Counted from the first letter of the stretch, positions 10,325-20,064 are shown. The stretch is 64,000 nt of DNA from an uncultured Eubacteriales bacterium (GCA_900551295.1 URVJ01000012.1:1861-65860); one strand, 5' to 3'. Notes: a model not told the origin generated them from the sequence alone. Program-made: numbers and translations.

Positions 10325-10425
10325 ATCCTAAAATTAAATGAAAAGGGTGAAACCCACCTGTGTCCCGGCATTAAAGCAGCACAACATATATGAGTTTTCA
10401 CCCTTTTATCTTTTTTGACTTCAGA

Positions 10426-10560
10426 TTAATAAGTGAGTCTTGCTCTGCCCTTAGCGCGTCTTCTCTTTAAAACCTTTCTGCCGTTAGCAGTCTTCATACG
10501 CTTTCTGAAACCGTGCTCTACTTTTCTCTGACGTTTCTTAGGCTGATATGTTCTTACCAT
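10426..10560 (-). CDS. rpmH: 50S ribosomal protein L34
   Basis: [44 protein letters not shown] (44 aa). The ORF-track start at 10614 is an upstream in-frame extension. Confidence 0.97.
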   Translation of the reverse strand: MVRTYQPKKRQRKVEHGFRKRMKTANGRKVLKRRRAKGRARLTY

Positions 10561-10646
10561 GTGCACTGCACCTCTCTTTCCGATTCTAAGCATCTGAAAT
10601 ACGCACAGCCGCATACTTCAAAGCACAACTTAACAAATTTATCTAT

Positions 10647-10676
10647 ATTATACACGCAAGAGGGTGCTTTTGTCAA
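10647..10676 (-). promoter_or_regulatory. sigma-A-like promoter for rpmH (TTGACA-18 nt-TATAAT)
   Basis: The minus strand reads cTTGACAaaagcaccctcttgcgtgTATAATatag, about 85 nt upstream of the rpmH start. Confidence 0.7.
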
Positions 10677-10733
10677 GTCTTTTTTTCCTCTGCGGCATAC
10701 TTTTATATAAACTTTTTGAAAACTTTATTCTTT

Positions 10734-11708
10734 TCAGACAAGTCCGAGCCTGCGCAGAGCAAAGCTCCATGCGAAAATCGTCGCGGTACAAAGCAGCGTT
10801 GTAAGCAGTATTATCTGGTTTGCAAGCTTATAATCGCTGTTCATGTTTTTTGCCATTATAAAGCTTGAAACGGCAGTCGGTGTGCCGAATGCTATAAGCA
10901 CAAGTCCGAGATGTATTCCCGTAAAACCGAGAACATAGTGCGACACCGCCATCATGACAGCCGGCACGGCAACGGTTTTAATCACCGACGCGGTTACGGC
11001 TTTCGCGGCTCTTCCTTTCAGGTCGGCAAATCTGAACGACGCGCCTATCGTTATAAGTGCGATCGGCGACGCACAGTCGGAAAAATATCCGAGCGTTTTG
11101 ACCGCAAACGGCGGAAGCGTCAAATCGTACACGCAGAAAGGAACCGCGAGCACGACCGCGATTATCAGCGGATTTTTAACTATTCCGCAAAGCACGTTTA
11201 TTATTTTTGAAACAAGCTTTCTGCCGTTTCCCTTTTCCGAGCCGTCGAAGATGCAAAGTACGATTACCGCAAGCACGTTATACAGCGGTATCATGCAGGC
11301 AATAAGCACTGCGGCAAGCCTTGCACCCTCATCTCCGAAAAGATTCTGCGCGAACGGCACGCCCAAAAACGCCATGTTTGAACGGAATATGCCCTGTATA
11401 AACGCTCCGCACGCGCCTCTGTTCTTTATAAATGCAGGCACGAATATCATAAGCAATAATGTAAGCGCAAGCGTTGCCGAAACGCAGAATCCCGCAAGAC
11501 CGAAATCTCTCGGTATCAGCGCGTCTTTATCCACGAACGCGACCTTTGTAAACAGCATACACGGCAGCATTACGCGGAATACAAGCTTATCGGCGCACGT
11601 CACAAAGCTGTCGGTAAGCACGCCCGTGCTTTTAAGCACATATCCGACAAGCGATACAATGAATATCGGAAGAACTCCGTTTGCGCAGAAGTAAAGATCG
11701 GAAAGCAT
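10734..11708 (-). CDS. AEC (auxin efflux carrier) family permease
   Basis: About 10 TM segments. N-terminus MLSDLYFCANGVLPIFIVSLVGYVLK and overall organisation are typical of AEC transporters. Confidence 0.75.
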   Translation of the reverse strand: MLSDLYFCANGVLPIFIVSLVGYVLKSTGVLTDSFVTCADKLVFRVMLPCMLFTKVAFVDKDALIPRDFGLAGFCVSATLALTLLLMIFVPAFIKNRGACGAFIQGIFRSNMAFLGVPFAQNLFGDEGARLAAVLIACMIPLYNVLAVIVLCIFDGSEKGNGRKLVSKIINVLCGIVKNPLIIAVVLAVPFCVYDLTLPPFAVKTLGYFSDCASPIALITIGASFRFADLKGRAAKAVTASVIKTVAVPAVMMAVSHYVLGFTGIHLGLVLIAFGTPTAVSSFIMAKNMNSDYKLANQIILLTTLLCTATIFAWSFALRRLGLV

Positions 11709-11717
11709 ACTTAAAAA

Positions 11718-13232
11718 TTACTCCTCGTCGGTTCTGTAAAAGTCTTCGATAAGAAATTCATTGGGTATTGCGTTATCGATTATTCTGCGAAGTCCCGACA
11801 TGGTATTTCCGGGATCGCTTATTCTCTGGCAGCGGTGCGCGGAAAGCAGATCTTCGGTATAATCGGAAAATTTATATATCTTGAACTTTCTCCACGACGT
11901 ATTATACTGGCACACCGTCGGGATAAAATACGGTGCGTCAACGAACGCGGCGTCTCCTGCCTTTACAAGGTCAAATCCCGCAATTCCGCCGACCATGTTT
12001 CTCATATACAGCATTCCCGAAAGGAAATTTCCGAGAGAGTATATGACAAGCGTTCTTCCGCCGTCGGGTCTTTCGTGCCATTCCATGGGTTCGAGAACGT
12101 GCGGATGCGTGCCGATTATTACGTCGACGCCGTTATCCACCATTATCTGCATCTGCTTTTTCTGAAGATCCGACGGTTTGAACCAGTCCTCATTTCCCCA
12201 GTGAATCGACACCATTACTATATCGGCAAGCTTTCTTGCCTCTTTTGTCATTCTGTCTATATCCTTTGTTCCGCTTTCATCGCAAAGAGGTATTACCATT
12301 TTGCTTGACGACGCGAGCGGTATGCCGTTTGTACCGTAGGTATACGAAAGCAGCGCTATGGATATGCCGTCCTTTTCGATAACGCGTATATTATTGTAGT
12401 CGTCCTTATCGGTATAGCCGCCGATATAGGTTATAGGCTGTTTTTTCCAGAACTCGACGGTTCTTTCATATCCGCTTGTACCGGAATCAAGCATATGGTT
12501 ATTTGCAAGGTTTACTATATCGAATCCAAGCTCCATGAGGTCATACCCGACCTGATCGGGAGAGTTGAACATGGGATAGCCAGAATAGCCCTTTTCGGGA
12601 CCTCCGAACGGAGATTCCTGATTGATATATGCAATGTCCGCGTCCTTGATTATATCCGCGACGTTTGAAAACATGGGAATAAAATTATATTCCTTATCCG
12701 TACCTGCGGCGAGGTCTTTGGCGTCGGCAAGCACGGTTGAATGTACGATATTGTCTCCGCACGCGACAAAAGACACTCTCGTAGTCTGCACCTTCTGAGA
12801 AACCTCTCCGAGCGCACTTACGGCAAGAGGATAGTTTGCGACGGCTGCCGGCTTTGACGAATCTGACTTTTTCTTATCGTTTTTTGCGTCGTTCTTATCC
12901 GTGTTCTTATCCGTGTTCTTATCCGACTTTTTATCCGTCTTTGATTCGGCTTTTTCATCTGATTTTGTATCTGTTTTTACATCGGGCTTAGGTTTGTTTT
13001 CGTCGTTTGAGTCCGTGTTATCATCTTTTTTTGTTTCGTTATCCGTCTGAATGCCGTTTTGGGCTTTTTCGTCGGGTTTATCGGACTTTTTATCGGGTTT
13101 TACCGTCCGGACGGTGCTTTGAGTATCGTCCTTTACGGGCGCGTTCTGCGAATCAATGGTATTCTTTACAAAAAGCAGTGTCAGCGCCGCAACAATAACA
13201 ATAACGGCAGCGGCAGCAATTCTGTTGTTCAT
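11718..13232 (-). CDS. CapA-family (PGA_cap metallophosphatase-like) protein with N-terminal TM anchor and K/D/T-rich linker
   Basis: ACGDNIVHSTV...NLANNHMLDSG...VSIHWGNE...IIGTHPHVLEP motifs. Has an N-terminal hydrophobic helix and a roughly 95-aa low-complexity linker. Confidence 0.85.
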   Translation of the reverse strand: MNNRIAAAAVIVIVAALTLLFVKNTIDSQNAPVKDDTQSTVRTVKPDKKSDKPDEKAQNGIQTDNETKKDDNTDSNDENKPKPDVKTDTKSDEKAESKTDKKSDKNTDKNTDKNDAKNDKKKSDSSKPAAVANYPLAVSALGEVSQKVQTTRVSFVACGDNIVHSTVLADAKDLAAGTDKEYNFIPMFSNVADIIKDADIAYINQESPFGGPEKGYSGYPMFNSPDQVGYDLMELGFDIVNLANNHMLDSGTSGYERTVEFWKKQPITYIGGYTDKDDYNNIRVIEKDGISIALLSYTYGTNGIPLASSSKMVIPLCDESGTKDIDRMTKEARKLADIVMVSIHWGNEDWFKPSDLQKKQMQIMVDNGVDVIIGTHPHVLEPMEWHERPDGGRTLVIYSLGNFLSGMLYMRNMVGGIAGFDLVKAGDAAFVDAPYFIPTVCQYNTSWRKFKIYKFSDYTEDLLSAHRCQRISDPGNTMSGLRRIIDNAIPNEFLIEDFYRTDEE

Positions 13233-13243
13233 CTCGTTCTCCT

Positions 13244-13867
13244 TTAATGTTTATATCCGTCGTATTTTATTATTTTCTCATGTTTTACAAGATAGACGTT
13301 CTGCACCTTTTTCATAAATTCCTCGTCATTCAGCGAGTCGGTATAGAAATTTTCAATTTCCGCGTCGGGAAATTTCTTTTCAAAGCACCTGATTTTTTCC
13401 TCTTTAAAGCATATCTGCGTTATCTTGGCGCTTTCAAGGTCTATTTCGGAGCAGACATAGTGTTTTATTCCGAGAATTTCAAGTGCGGGTCGCAAAAGAA
13501 ACCCGAAAGTTGCCGAAACCACAATATCGTCAGTTTTTTGCTCCGACTTATACCAGCCTTTGAGCTTTCTTTTGTTCCTTATCCAGAACTTTTCGGTAAG
13601 CGCCTCAAGATCCGGTACGGCGCAGAGTGCCTCGGCTGCGTATTTCTTAGCAAGAAACGAAAACCTTTCGGGGCTTATTTTACATTTTTTGTATTTCCGA
13701 TAGCTGTCAAGCACCACGAAAAGATATTTTACAAGCTTCGGGTGATGCTTTATGCACAAAAGATAAAAATCTAACAGGCTTTCTCCGTCGTATATCGTAT
13801 TATCGAAGTCGTATACGTTAATGCATATCACCGCCGATTTTTCATATTTACAATAATTGTAACACAA
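13244..13867 (-). CDS. HAD-superfamily (subfamily IB-like) hydrolase
   Basis: The DFDNT motif (VYDFDNTIYDGES) is HAD motif I. The start is uncertain (TTG 13867 or GTG 13831). Confidence 0.7.
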   Translation of the reverse strand: MCYNYCKYEKSAVICINVYDFDNTIYDGESLLDFYLLCIKHHPKLVKYLFVVLDSYRKYKKCKISPERFSFLAKKYAAEALCAVPDLEALTEKFWIRNKRKLKGWYKSEQKTDDIVVSATFGFLLRPALEILGIKHYVCSEIDLESAKITQICFKEEKIRCFEKKFPDAEIENFYTDSLNDEEFMKKVQNVYLVKHEKIIKYDGYKH

Positions 13868-13905
13868 ACAGTCAATTTTATCAACAATTTAAGAATATTT
13901 TTATG

Positions 13906-13939
13906 CAGAAAAAATCCGGTGCGGAAAAATCACACCGGA
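13906..13939 (-). terminator. rho-independent terminator after SDR gene
   Basis: On the minus strand, TCCGGTG, an 11-nt loop, CACCGGA, then TTTTTTC. Confidence 0.8.
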
Positions 13940-13961
13940 ATAAACTCTTTTATTTGTTTTT

Positions 13962-14702
13962 TCAGTTCCAGCCGCCGTCAACTCCGAGAACCTGAGCCGT
14001 GATATAAGACGCCTTTTCCGAAGCAAAAAACAGTATTGCCTGAGCGACCTCTTCCGGCTTTCCCGCACGGTTCATGGGTATTTCGTCTATGACAGATGCG
14101 CGTTCGTTCTCATCGAGATGGCAATTCATTCTGGTATCTATAAACCCCGGACAAACGCAGTTTACGGTAATACCCGACAGTGCAAGTTCCTTTGCAAGAG
14201 CCTTTGTAAAGCCGACAAGCGCGGACTTTGACGCCGAATAGTGAACCTCGCAGCTTGCTCCGCGTATTCCCCACACCGAAGAAACGTTTATTATCCTGCC
14301 GAACTTATTATGCACCATATATCCGCACGCGGCATTTGAACAGAGATACGCCGATTTTACGTTTACGTCAAAGGTTCTGTCCCATTCCTCTTCCGTCACG
14401 TCGCACAGCATTTTTATGCTTGAAACGCCTGCGTTATTTACAAGCACGTCAACTCCGCCGAGATCCTTTGCGATACGCGAAAACATATTTTCGACCTGCG
14501 CTTTATCCGAAACGTCGGCTTTATAACAAAAAGCCTTTACGCCGTATGTTTCAAGCTCGCGGCAAAGTTCTTTTGCGCTTTTTTCGTCATTAAGGTAATT
14601 TACCGCGATGTTATATCCGTCCTTTGCGAAAGCTCTTGCCGTTTCTTTGCCTATTCCGTTGGAAGAACCTGTAACAAGCACGCACTTTTTCATAAACTTC
14701 AC
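13962..14702 (-). CDS. SDR-family oxidoreductase (FabG-like)
   Basis: TGSSNGIG cofactor motif, NNAG, and the catalytic YSASK. Confidence 0.88.
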   Translation of the reverse strand: MKFMKKCVLVTGSSNGIGKETARAFAKDGYNIAVNYLNDEKSAKELCRELETYGVKAFCYKADVSDKAQVENMFSRIAKDLGGVDVLVNNAGVSSIKMLCDVTEEEWDRTFDVNVKSAYLCSNAACGYMVHNKFGRIINVSSVWGIRGASCEVHYSASKSALVGFTKALAKELALSGITVNCVCPGFIDTRMNCHLDENERASVIDEIPMNRAGKPEEVAQAILFFASEKASYITAQVLGVDGGWN

Positions 14703-15484
14703 TCCAGACCGTAAAACGCGTTTGCATTATCAAATGTAAGCTTGCAGAATTCCTCTTTTGAAATTCCCAAAAGCTGTGCGCATTTTTCCGCCGTATATTC
14801 TATATAATCCGATCTGTTTGTCTGTCCCCTGAACGGCACGGGCGTAAGATACGGGCAGTCGGTCTCAACGAGAATATGGTTCAGCGCGTCTGGGTGCACC
14901 TCGCGCAGTCTTTCGACGATCTCTACCGTCTTTCTTGCGTTTTTGAACGTAACAACGCCGTTTACCGAGATATAATATCCCATTTTCATGACCTGCTTTG
15001 CCATTTCAAAACTGCCCGAAAAGCTATGCACAACGCCGGTTACGTCTGGAAATTCAGACATTATATCAAGCGTGTCGCCGTGCGCGTCCCTGTCGTGTAT
15101 TATAACCCTTGCGCCGAGTTTTTTTGCAAGGTTCATCTGTTCGCGAAAACACTTTATCTGCGCGTCCTTTTCCTCTGCGCCGTAATAGTAATCGAGTCCT
15201 ATCTCGCCGATTGCAACGGTCTTTGGCTTTTTATAAAGCTGTTCGACAATATCCAGCCAATCGGGATTTTTCATATCGTTTACTGCGTCCGACGGGTGAA
15301 CTCCGCTTGCGGCGTAAACAAAATCATACTTTTCGGACAGAGCGACGCTCGAAAAGCTTGTTTTCAGGCTTGAGGCGACGTTTGTTATACGTCCGACGCC
15401 GTTTTTATGAACCTCGGACAAAATTTCGTCGCGTATTCCGTCAAAGCGTTCGTCGTCATAGTGCGCGTGAGAGTCGAAGATCAT
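14699..15484 (-). CDS. tatD: TatD-family metal-dependent hydrolase
   Basis: MIFDSHAHYDDERF N-terminus, and IGEIGLDYYY. Has 4-nt overlaps with metG and with the SDR gene. Confidence 0.92.
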   Translation of the reverse strand: MIFDSHAHYDDERFDGIRDEILSEVHKNGVGRITNVASSLKTSFSSVALSEKYDFVYAASGVHPSDAVNDMKNPDWLDIVEQLYKKPKTVAIGEIGLDYYYGAEEKDAQIKCFREQMNLAKKLGARVIIHDRDAHGDTLDIMSEFPDVTGVVHSFSGSFEMAKQVMKMGYYISVNGVVTFKNARKTVEIVERLREVHPDALNHILVETDCPYLTPVPFRGQTNRSDYIEYTAEKCAQLLGISKEEFCKLTFDNANAFYGLE

Positions 15485-17475
15485 CTTACCTCGCTGCCTT
15501 CTTTAACAGCGTCATCAAGAAATACAACGTCTATCTTATCGTCCGAGCCTGCGGCGAGTATCATGCCGTTGCTCTCCACTCCGCGGAGCTTTACGGGCTT
15601 TAAGTTGGAAACTACTATTACTTTTTTGCCTATAAGCTGTTCGGGCGTATAGAATTTTGCAATGCCCGAAACGACCTGTCTGCGGTTTTCGCTGCCATCG
15701 TCAAGCACGAGCTTTAAAAGCTTGTCGGATTTAGGCACAGGCTCACATTCAAGCACCTTTGCGGCAATAAGCTTTACCTTTGCAAAGTCATCTATTGTGA
15801 TTTCAGATACTTCTTTTTCGCTTTCGCCCTTTTTATCGGATTTTGCGCTTTGCTTTTCAAGCTTTGCAGCCTCTTTTTCGGCTTTCTTTCTGTCCTCTTC
15901 AAGACGTGCGAAAAATTCCTTTTCGTCAATTCTCATAAACAGAGGCGAAGGCGCAGGATTTACCTTAAAATCATCTCCGTAATCAAAGCCGAACTTTTCG
16001 GCGTCGCTCCAGTTCTCGATTTTAAGCTGAAGCTTGTTTTCGGGCGAGCAGATCTGCGTCATTATCTTTTCCGCCGAGTCCGGAATTAGCGGATACAGCA
16101 TTACTGCGCATATTCTTATACCCTCTATGAGATTATACATAACCGTCTTTAATCTCGGATATCTGCTCTCGTCCTTGCCGAGAACCCACGGCGCGGTTTC
16201 ATCGACATATTTGTTAAGGCGTCTGAGAACCGCCATAATCTCGTCCGCAGCGTCAGCCATATGCAGCGTTTCGATACATTCGGTAACTTTTTTGAATCCG
16301 TTTTCGACTGCGGAAATCAGGTCTTTGTCGATATCCTCTTTTTCATCGGGAGCATATACAACGCCGCCGAAATATTTGTTCGCCATTGCGGCGGTTCTGT
16401 TTACAAGGTTTCCGAGAGTGTTTACAAGGTCGGAATTATACTTTGCGACAAGCATTTCGTATGTTATGCTGCCGTCGTTGAGATAAGGCATTTCGGAAAG
16501 CACGTAGTATCTTACGGCGTCAGTGCCCATAAGGTCCGCAAGATAGTCGGCGTACATTACGTTTCCGCGCGATTTGCTCATCTTATCCATGCCCGAAAGC
16601 AGCCACGGGTGACCGAATATCTGTTTCGGCAGCGGTTCTCCGAGAGCCATAAGTATACAGGGCCAGTAAATTGTGTGGAATCTTAAAATATCCTTGCCGA
16701 TTATCTGAAGATCCGCGGGCCAGTACTTTTTATAAAGCTCGCCCTTTTCGTCAACGTCGTATCCGAGAGCAGTGATATAGTTTGAAAGCGCGTCTATCCA
16801 GACATATATTACGTTGCCGGGATCGAATTCTATCGGAACTCCCCACTTAAATGTGGAGCGCGAAACGCACAGATCCTGTACGCCGGGCTTTATGAAGTTA
16901 TTTATCATTTCCTTTTTGCGCGCTTCGGGAACAATAAAATCGGGGTGGGATTCTATATAATCTTCGAGAGGCTTCTGATATTTTGAAAGTTTTAAAAAAT
17001 ATGCAGCCTCTTTTGCGCGCGTTACGGGTCTGCCGCAATCAGGGCACTTGCCGTCCGACGCCTGAGTATCCGTCCAGAACGACTCGCAGGGTGTGCAGTA
17101 CCAGCCCTCATATTCGCCCTTGTATATATCGCCGTTGTCATAGAGCTTTTTGAATATGTGCTGAACCGCCTTTACGTGATAGCCGTCGGTCGTGCGGATA
17201 AATTTATCGTAGCTTATGTTCATCTTTTTCCAGATGTTTTTCATCTCGCCGGTAATTCCATCAACGTATTGCTGCGGCTGTATGCCCTTTTCGGCTGCGG
17301 CGTTCTCTATCTTCTGTCCGTGCTCGTCGGCGCCCGTAAGCATATAGACGTCATAACCGCACATTCTCTTATATCTCGCCACGCAGTCGGTCAGAATAAG
17401 CTCATAGGTGTTTCCTATATGCGGCTTACTCGACGTATACGGTATTGCGGTAGTCAAATAATACTTTTGTTTCAT
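15481..17475 (-). CDS. metG: methionine--tRNA ligase (with C-terminal tRNA-binding domain)
   Basis: PYTSSKPHIGN (HIGH-type motif), KMSKSRGN (KMSKS), a CPxC zinc knuckle, and a C-terminal EMAP/Trbp111-like domain. Confidence 0.97.
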   Translation of the reverse strand: MKQKYYLTTAIPYTSSKPHIGNTYELILTDCVARYKRMCGYDVYMLTGADEHGQKIENAAAEKGIQPQQYVDGITGEMKNIWKKMNISYDKFIRTTDGYHVKAVQHIFKKLYDNGDIYKGEYEGWYCTPCESFWTDTQASDGKCPDCGRPVTRAKEAAYFLKLSKYQKPLEDYIESHPDFIVPEARKKEMINNFIKPGVQDLCVSRSTFKWGVPIEFDPGNVIYVWIDALSNYITALGYDVDEKGELYKKYWPADLQIIGKDILRFHTIYWPCILMALGEPLPKQIFGHPWLLSGMDKMSKSRGNVMYADYLADLMGTDAVRYYVLSEMPYLNDGSITYEMLVAKYNSDLVNTLGNLVNRTAAMANKYFGGVVYAPDEKEDIDKDLISAVENGFKKVTECIETLHMADAADEIMAVLRRLNKYVDETAPWVLGKDESRYPRLKTVMYNLIEGIRICAVMLYPLIPDSAEKIMTQICSPENKLQLKIENWSDAEKFGFDYGDDFKVNPAPSPLFMRIDEKEFFARLEEDRKKAEKEAAKLEKQSAKSDKKGESEKEVSEITIDDFAKVKLIAAKVLECEPVPKSDKLLKLVLDDGSENRRQVVSGIAKFYTPEQLIGKKVIVVSNLKPVKLRGVESNGMILAAGSDDKIDVVFLDDAVKEGSEVR

Positions 17476-17507
17476 GTTTATATTTGTCCTTTCTGAAAAA
17501 GAGTGTT

Positions 17508-18551
17508 TTACTGATTAACGGCGCCGTTATCGGGATTTTGCGGATTCCTGTTTTCTTTGTCCGCGTCTGTTTGGTCTGTGCCGTCGGAAATCCGACCGTC
17601 ATGTTCTTCTCCGCCGTCATTTTCCGTAACATATCCGTAGGCACGGTCTGATTCTTCGGTCGCGTCGGCACAGTTTGTCTTTGGCGCGTATTCATACGCA
17701 TTTTCAAACATTGTGCAATACAGCCTGTCCGTGCTTTCATCGCCGAACGCGTTCTCGTAGAGATATTCCGACATATACACAAGCGTCAGCAAAAAGTAAG
17801 GCAGAGTATATGCCACAAGCAGAAATCCGAGCGTAAAAAGCGACAGCACAAAAAGCGGCACAAAGCTCAAAGCGCATAAAAGTATCTCGCCACGGTTTGT
17901 TCTGCACGCGCTCTTTGCCATGAGAAAGCAGGCAGGTATATCGTCGCTGTCAAGCCTTACGGCATAATACATTCCGACAACGTTATCGGCATTTGCCGCC
18001 ATTCCGAGAAGTACGGAAATTACAAGCAGTATGTTAAGTCCGAGATTGCTTACGTCAATGCCGTACATATCATATCCGTAAAGTGAGGAGTCGTAAAAGT
18101 AATTGCGGTAAACTCCGAGTGCGATAGCCGGGAGAAATCCCGGTATGCAGCGCAGAACAAAGCAGATAAATATCCTGTATGCGCGCGAAATTCCGAAATC
18201 GCTGCCGAACGGCGCAAATACGTCGCTTACATCGCATTTTTTCTTTTTTACCGCCTTGTATTCAAAATAAAACATTCCGACAATGAGCGGAACCGTTACA
18301 AACAGCGACAGAAATGTATAAAACGCAGGAAAAATATAGATATAATCGGAATTTATTCCGATATTCGACAAAATGTCGTAAAGAGAATATCCGAACCCGG
18401 TAAGCCCGGAAAACAAAGCCGTGATTATCAGAAACGCAAGCGTCTGGGTAACCCAGTCAGAAAGCAGCTTTCTGCGCGCGGCGCTTTTAAAGTATTGTCT
18501 TTGTGTGCGTGTAATGTTCATTATCTGTCTGCCGTGGAATTTACGGCGCAC
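17508..18551 (-). CDS. integral membrane protein, DUF975-like, with acidic C-terminal tail
   Basis: Multi-TM protein whose N-terminus (RTQRQYFKSAARRKLLSDW) resembles DUF975 proteins. Start codon uncertain. Confidence 0.5.
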   Translation of the reverse strand: MRRKFHGRQIMNITRTQRQYFKSAARRKLLSDWVTQTLAFLIITALFSGLTGFGYSLYDILSNIGINSDYIYIFPAFYTFLSLFVTVPLIVGMFYFEYKAVKKKKCDVSDVFAPFGSDFGISRAYRIFICFVLRCIPGFLPAIALGVYRNYFYDSSLYGYDMYGIDVSNLGLNILLVISVLLGMAANADNVVGMYYAVRLDSDDIPACFLMAKSACRTNRGEILLCALSFVPLFVLSLFTLGFLLVAYTLPYFLLTLVYMSEYLYENAFGDESTDRLYCTMFENAYEYAPKTNCADATEESDRAYGYVTENDGGEEHDGRISDGTDQTDADKENRNPQNPDNGAVNQ

Positions 18552-18629
18552 CTCCGTCTGATTTTTTCTGCATACGGTTATTATTTGCAGAAAAAGAGGT
18601 TTTGTTTCACTGACGTTTAATTTTTATCC

Positions 18630-19775
18630 TTAAAGCACTATCTTTCCGCCGCAGACGGTATGCAGCAGCTTTCCGTCCCTTGAAAACAGTGCAAAATCGG
18701 CACGTTTGCCTTGTTCTATGCTTCCGCAGACGTCATATATTCCGACTGCCTTTGCAGGATTTGCGCTTGCGCACTTTACAGCCTCGTCAAGCGTCACTCC
18801 GCAGAAATGCGCGTAATTCAAAACGCCGTCGCAGAGTTTTAATGAACTTCCGGCAAGCACTCCAGAATCTACGGTAACAATTTTACCGTCCTTTACGCAG
18901 ACGTCCTCTCCCGCGCTCTTTAATACTCCGTCGCGCTCGTCGCAGCCGGCAAGTATTATGGAATCGGTTATGAGAACCGCTTTGTCCTGTCCCTTTGCTT
19001 TTGAAAACAGCTTTACGGCAGTCGGGTGAACGTGAAGTCCGTCGCAGATTATCTCGGCAAAAACGTCCTCGGCAAGAGCCGCTCCGAGAAGTCCCGGATT
19101 TCTGTGATGCAGCTGATTCATCGCGTTGAACGTGTGGGTTACGCAGTCTGCGCCGAGATTTATGGCTTTAAGCGAGATATCGGTATCTGCTGCGGAATGT
19201 CCGAGAGTTATCATAACTCCGAGCTTTTTACATTCCTTTATGAAATCAAGCGCGCCCGGAAGTTCGGGTGCAAGAGTCATTCTTATTTTAAGTCCGTTTG
19301 CGCACTCTATGATTTTTTTCACAAGCCCTATGTCGGGAAGTTTAAGCAGCGCCTCGTTGTGAGCGCCTCTTTTTTCGTGCGACAGAAACGGTCCCTCTAT
19401 GTGTATGCCGTCGTAGTGTACCTTTGTCACAAGCTTTGAGGCGGCGGCAATGTTCTTTACGGCGGTAAGTATATTTTCTTCGGTTTCGGTCGTGGTTGTG
19501 GGAAATACGCTGGTTACTCCGCAGGAGCTGTACCAATTTTCAAGCTTTACGGCGTCGTCCGTGCTGCACTGAGTAAAATCTATTTTTTTCGCCCCGTGCG
19601 TGTGTATGTCGCAGAGTCCGGGATAAAGCACTCCCGAAAGTCCGTCGAGAACAATGTCGGCGCTTTTTTCGCATTCGCCGTACCCGACTTCCGTTATCTT
19701 TTCGTTTTCTATACACACATATCCGCCGCACTCGTTCTCTTCACAGCCGAACGCGACGTTTTTTATAAGTATCAT
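18630..19775 (-). CDS. nagA: N-acetylglucosamine-6-phosphate deacetylase
   Basis: DIHTHG, IHIEGPFLSHEKRGAH, HTFNAM and HPT motifs of NagA amidohydrolases. Confidence 0.92.
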   Translation of the reverse strand: MILIKNVAFGCEENECGGYVCIENEKITEVGYGECEKSADIVLDGLSGVLYPGLCDIHTHGAKKIDFTQCSTDDAVKLENWYSSCGVTSVFPTTTTETEENILTAVKNIAAASKLVTKVHYDGIHIEGPFLSHEKRGAHNEALLKLPDIGLVKKIIECANGLKIRMTLAPELPGALDFIKECKKLGVMITLGHSAADTDISLKAINLGADCVTHTFNAMNQLHHRNPGLLGAALAEDVFAEIICDGLHVHPTAVKLFSKAKGQDKAVLITDSIILAGCDERDGVLKSAGEDVCVKDGKIVTVDSGVLAGSSLKLCDGVLNYAHFCGVTLDEAVKCASANPAKAVGIYDVCGSIEQGKRADFALFSRDGKLLHTVCGGKIVL

Positions 19776-19827
19776 GCAAATGTACCTCCGTACAAGATGT
19801 TTGCCGGATATTTGATAATTTTAGCTG

Positions 19828-20052
19828 CTTTCTTTCGCAGATTTATGTTATCACAAAACAGCAAATTTGAAATCAAATAAGCTTTTTATCTAACCTTTAA
19901 GTTCCGCCGCGAAGTTAGTAAAAGTTCTTTGGTTACTTTCTTTCGCAAATTTACATTATCCCAAAGCGGCAAGGCTGAAACCAAATAAGCTTTTTATCTA
20001 ACCTTTAAGTTCCGCCGCGAAGCAAGTAAAAGTTCTTTGGTTACTTTCTTTC
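19828..20052. repeat. tandem direct repeat, 108-bp unit x 2.1
   Basis: Units start at 19828, 19936 and 20044. Segment 19874-19944 versus 19982-20052 matches at 69 of 71 positions. Segment 19828-19873 versus 19936-19981 matches at 35 of 46. Confidence 0.95.
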
Positions 20053-20064
20053 AAGAAAGTAACT

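Noticed and set aside
10325-10425. A long-loop hairpin (AAAGGGTGAAA...TTTCACCCTTT) between rpmH and rnpA, considered as a novel RNA element.
   Set aside because: It is most simply a partial terminator or processing hairpin inside the rpmH-rnpA operon. The loop of about 44 nt has no recognisable motif, and there is nothing further to support a distinct function.
19828-20052. The tandem repeats between pth and nagA, considered as a CRISPR array.
   Set aside because: The unit is 108 bp with no short repeat and spacer alternation, only about 2 copies are present, and there are no cas genes. It is reported as a tandem repeat instead.
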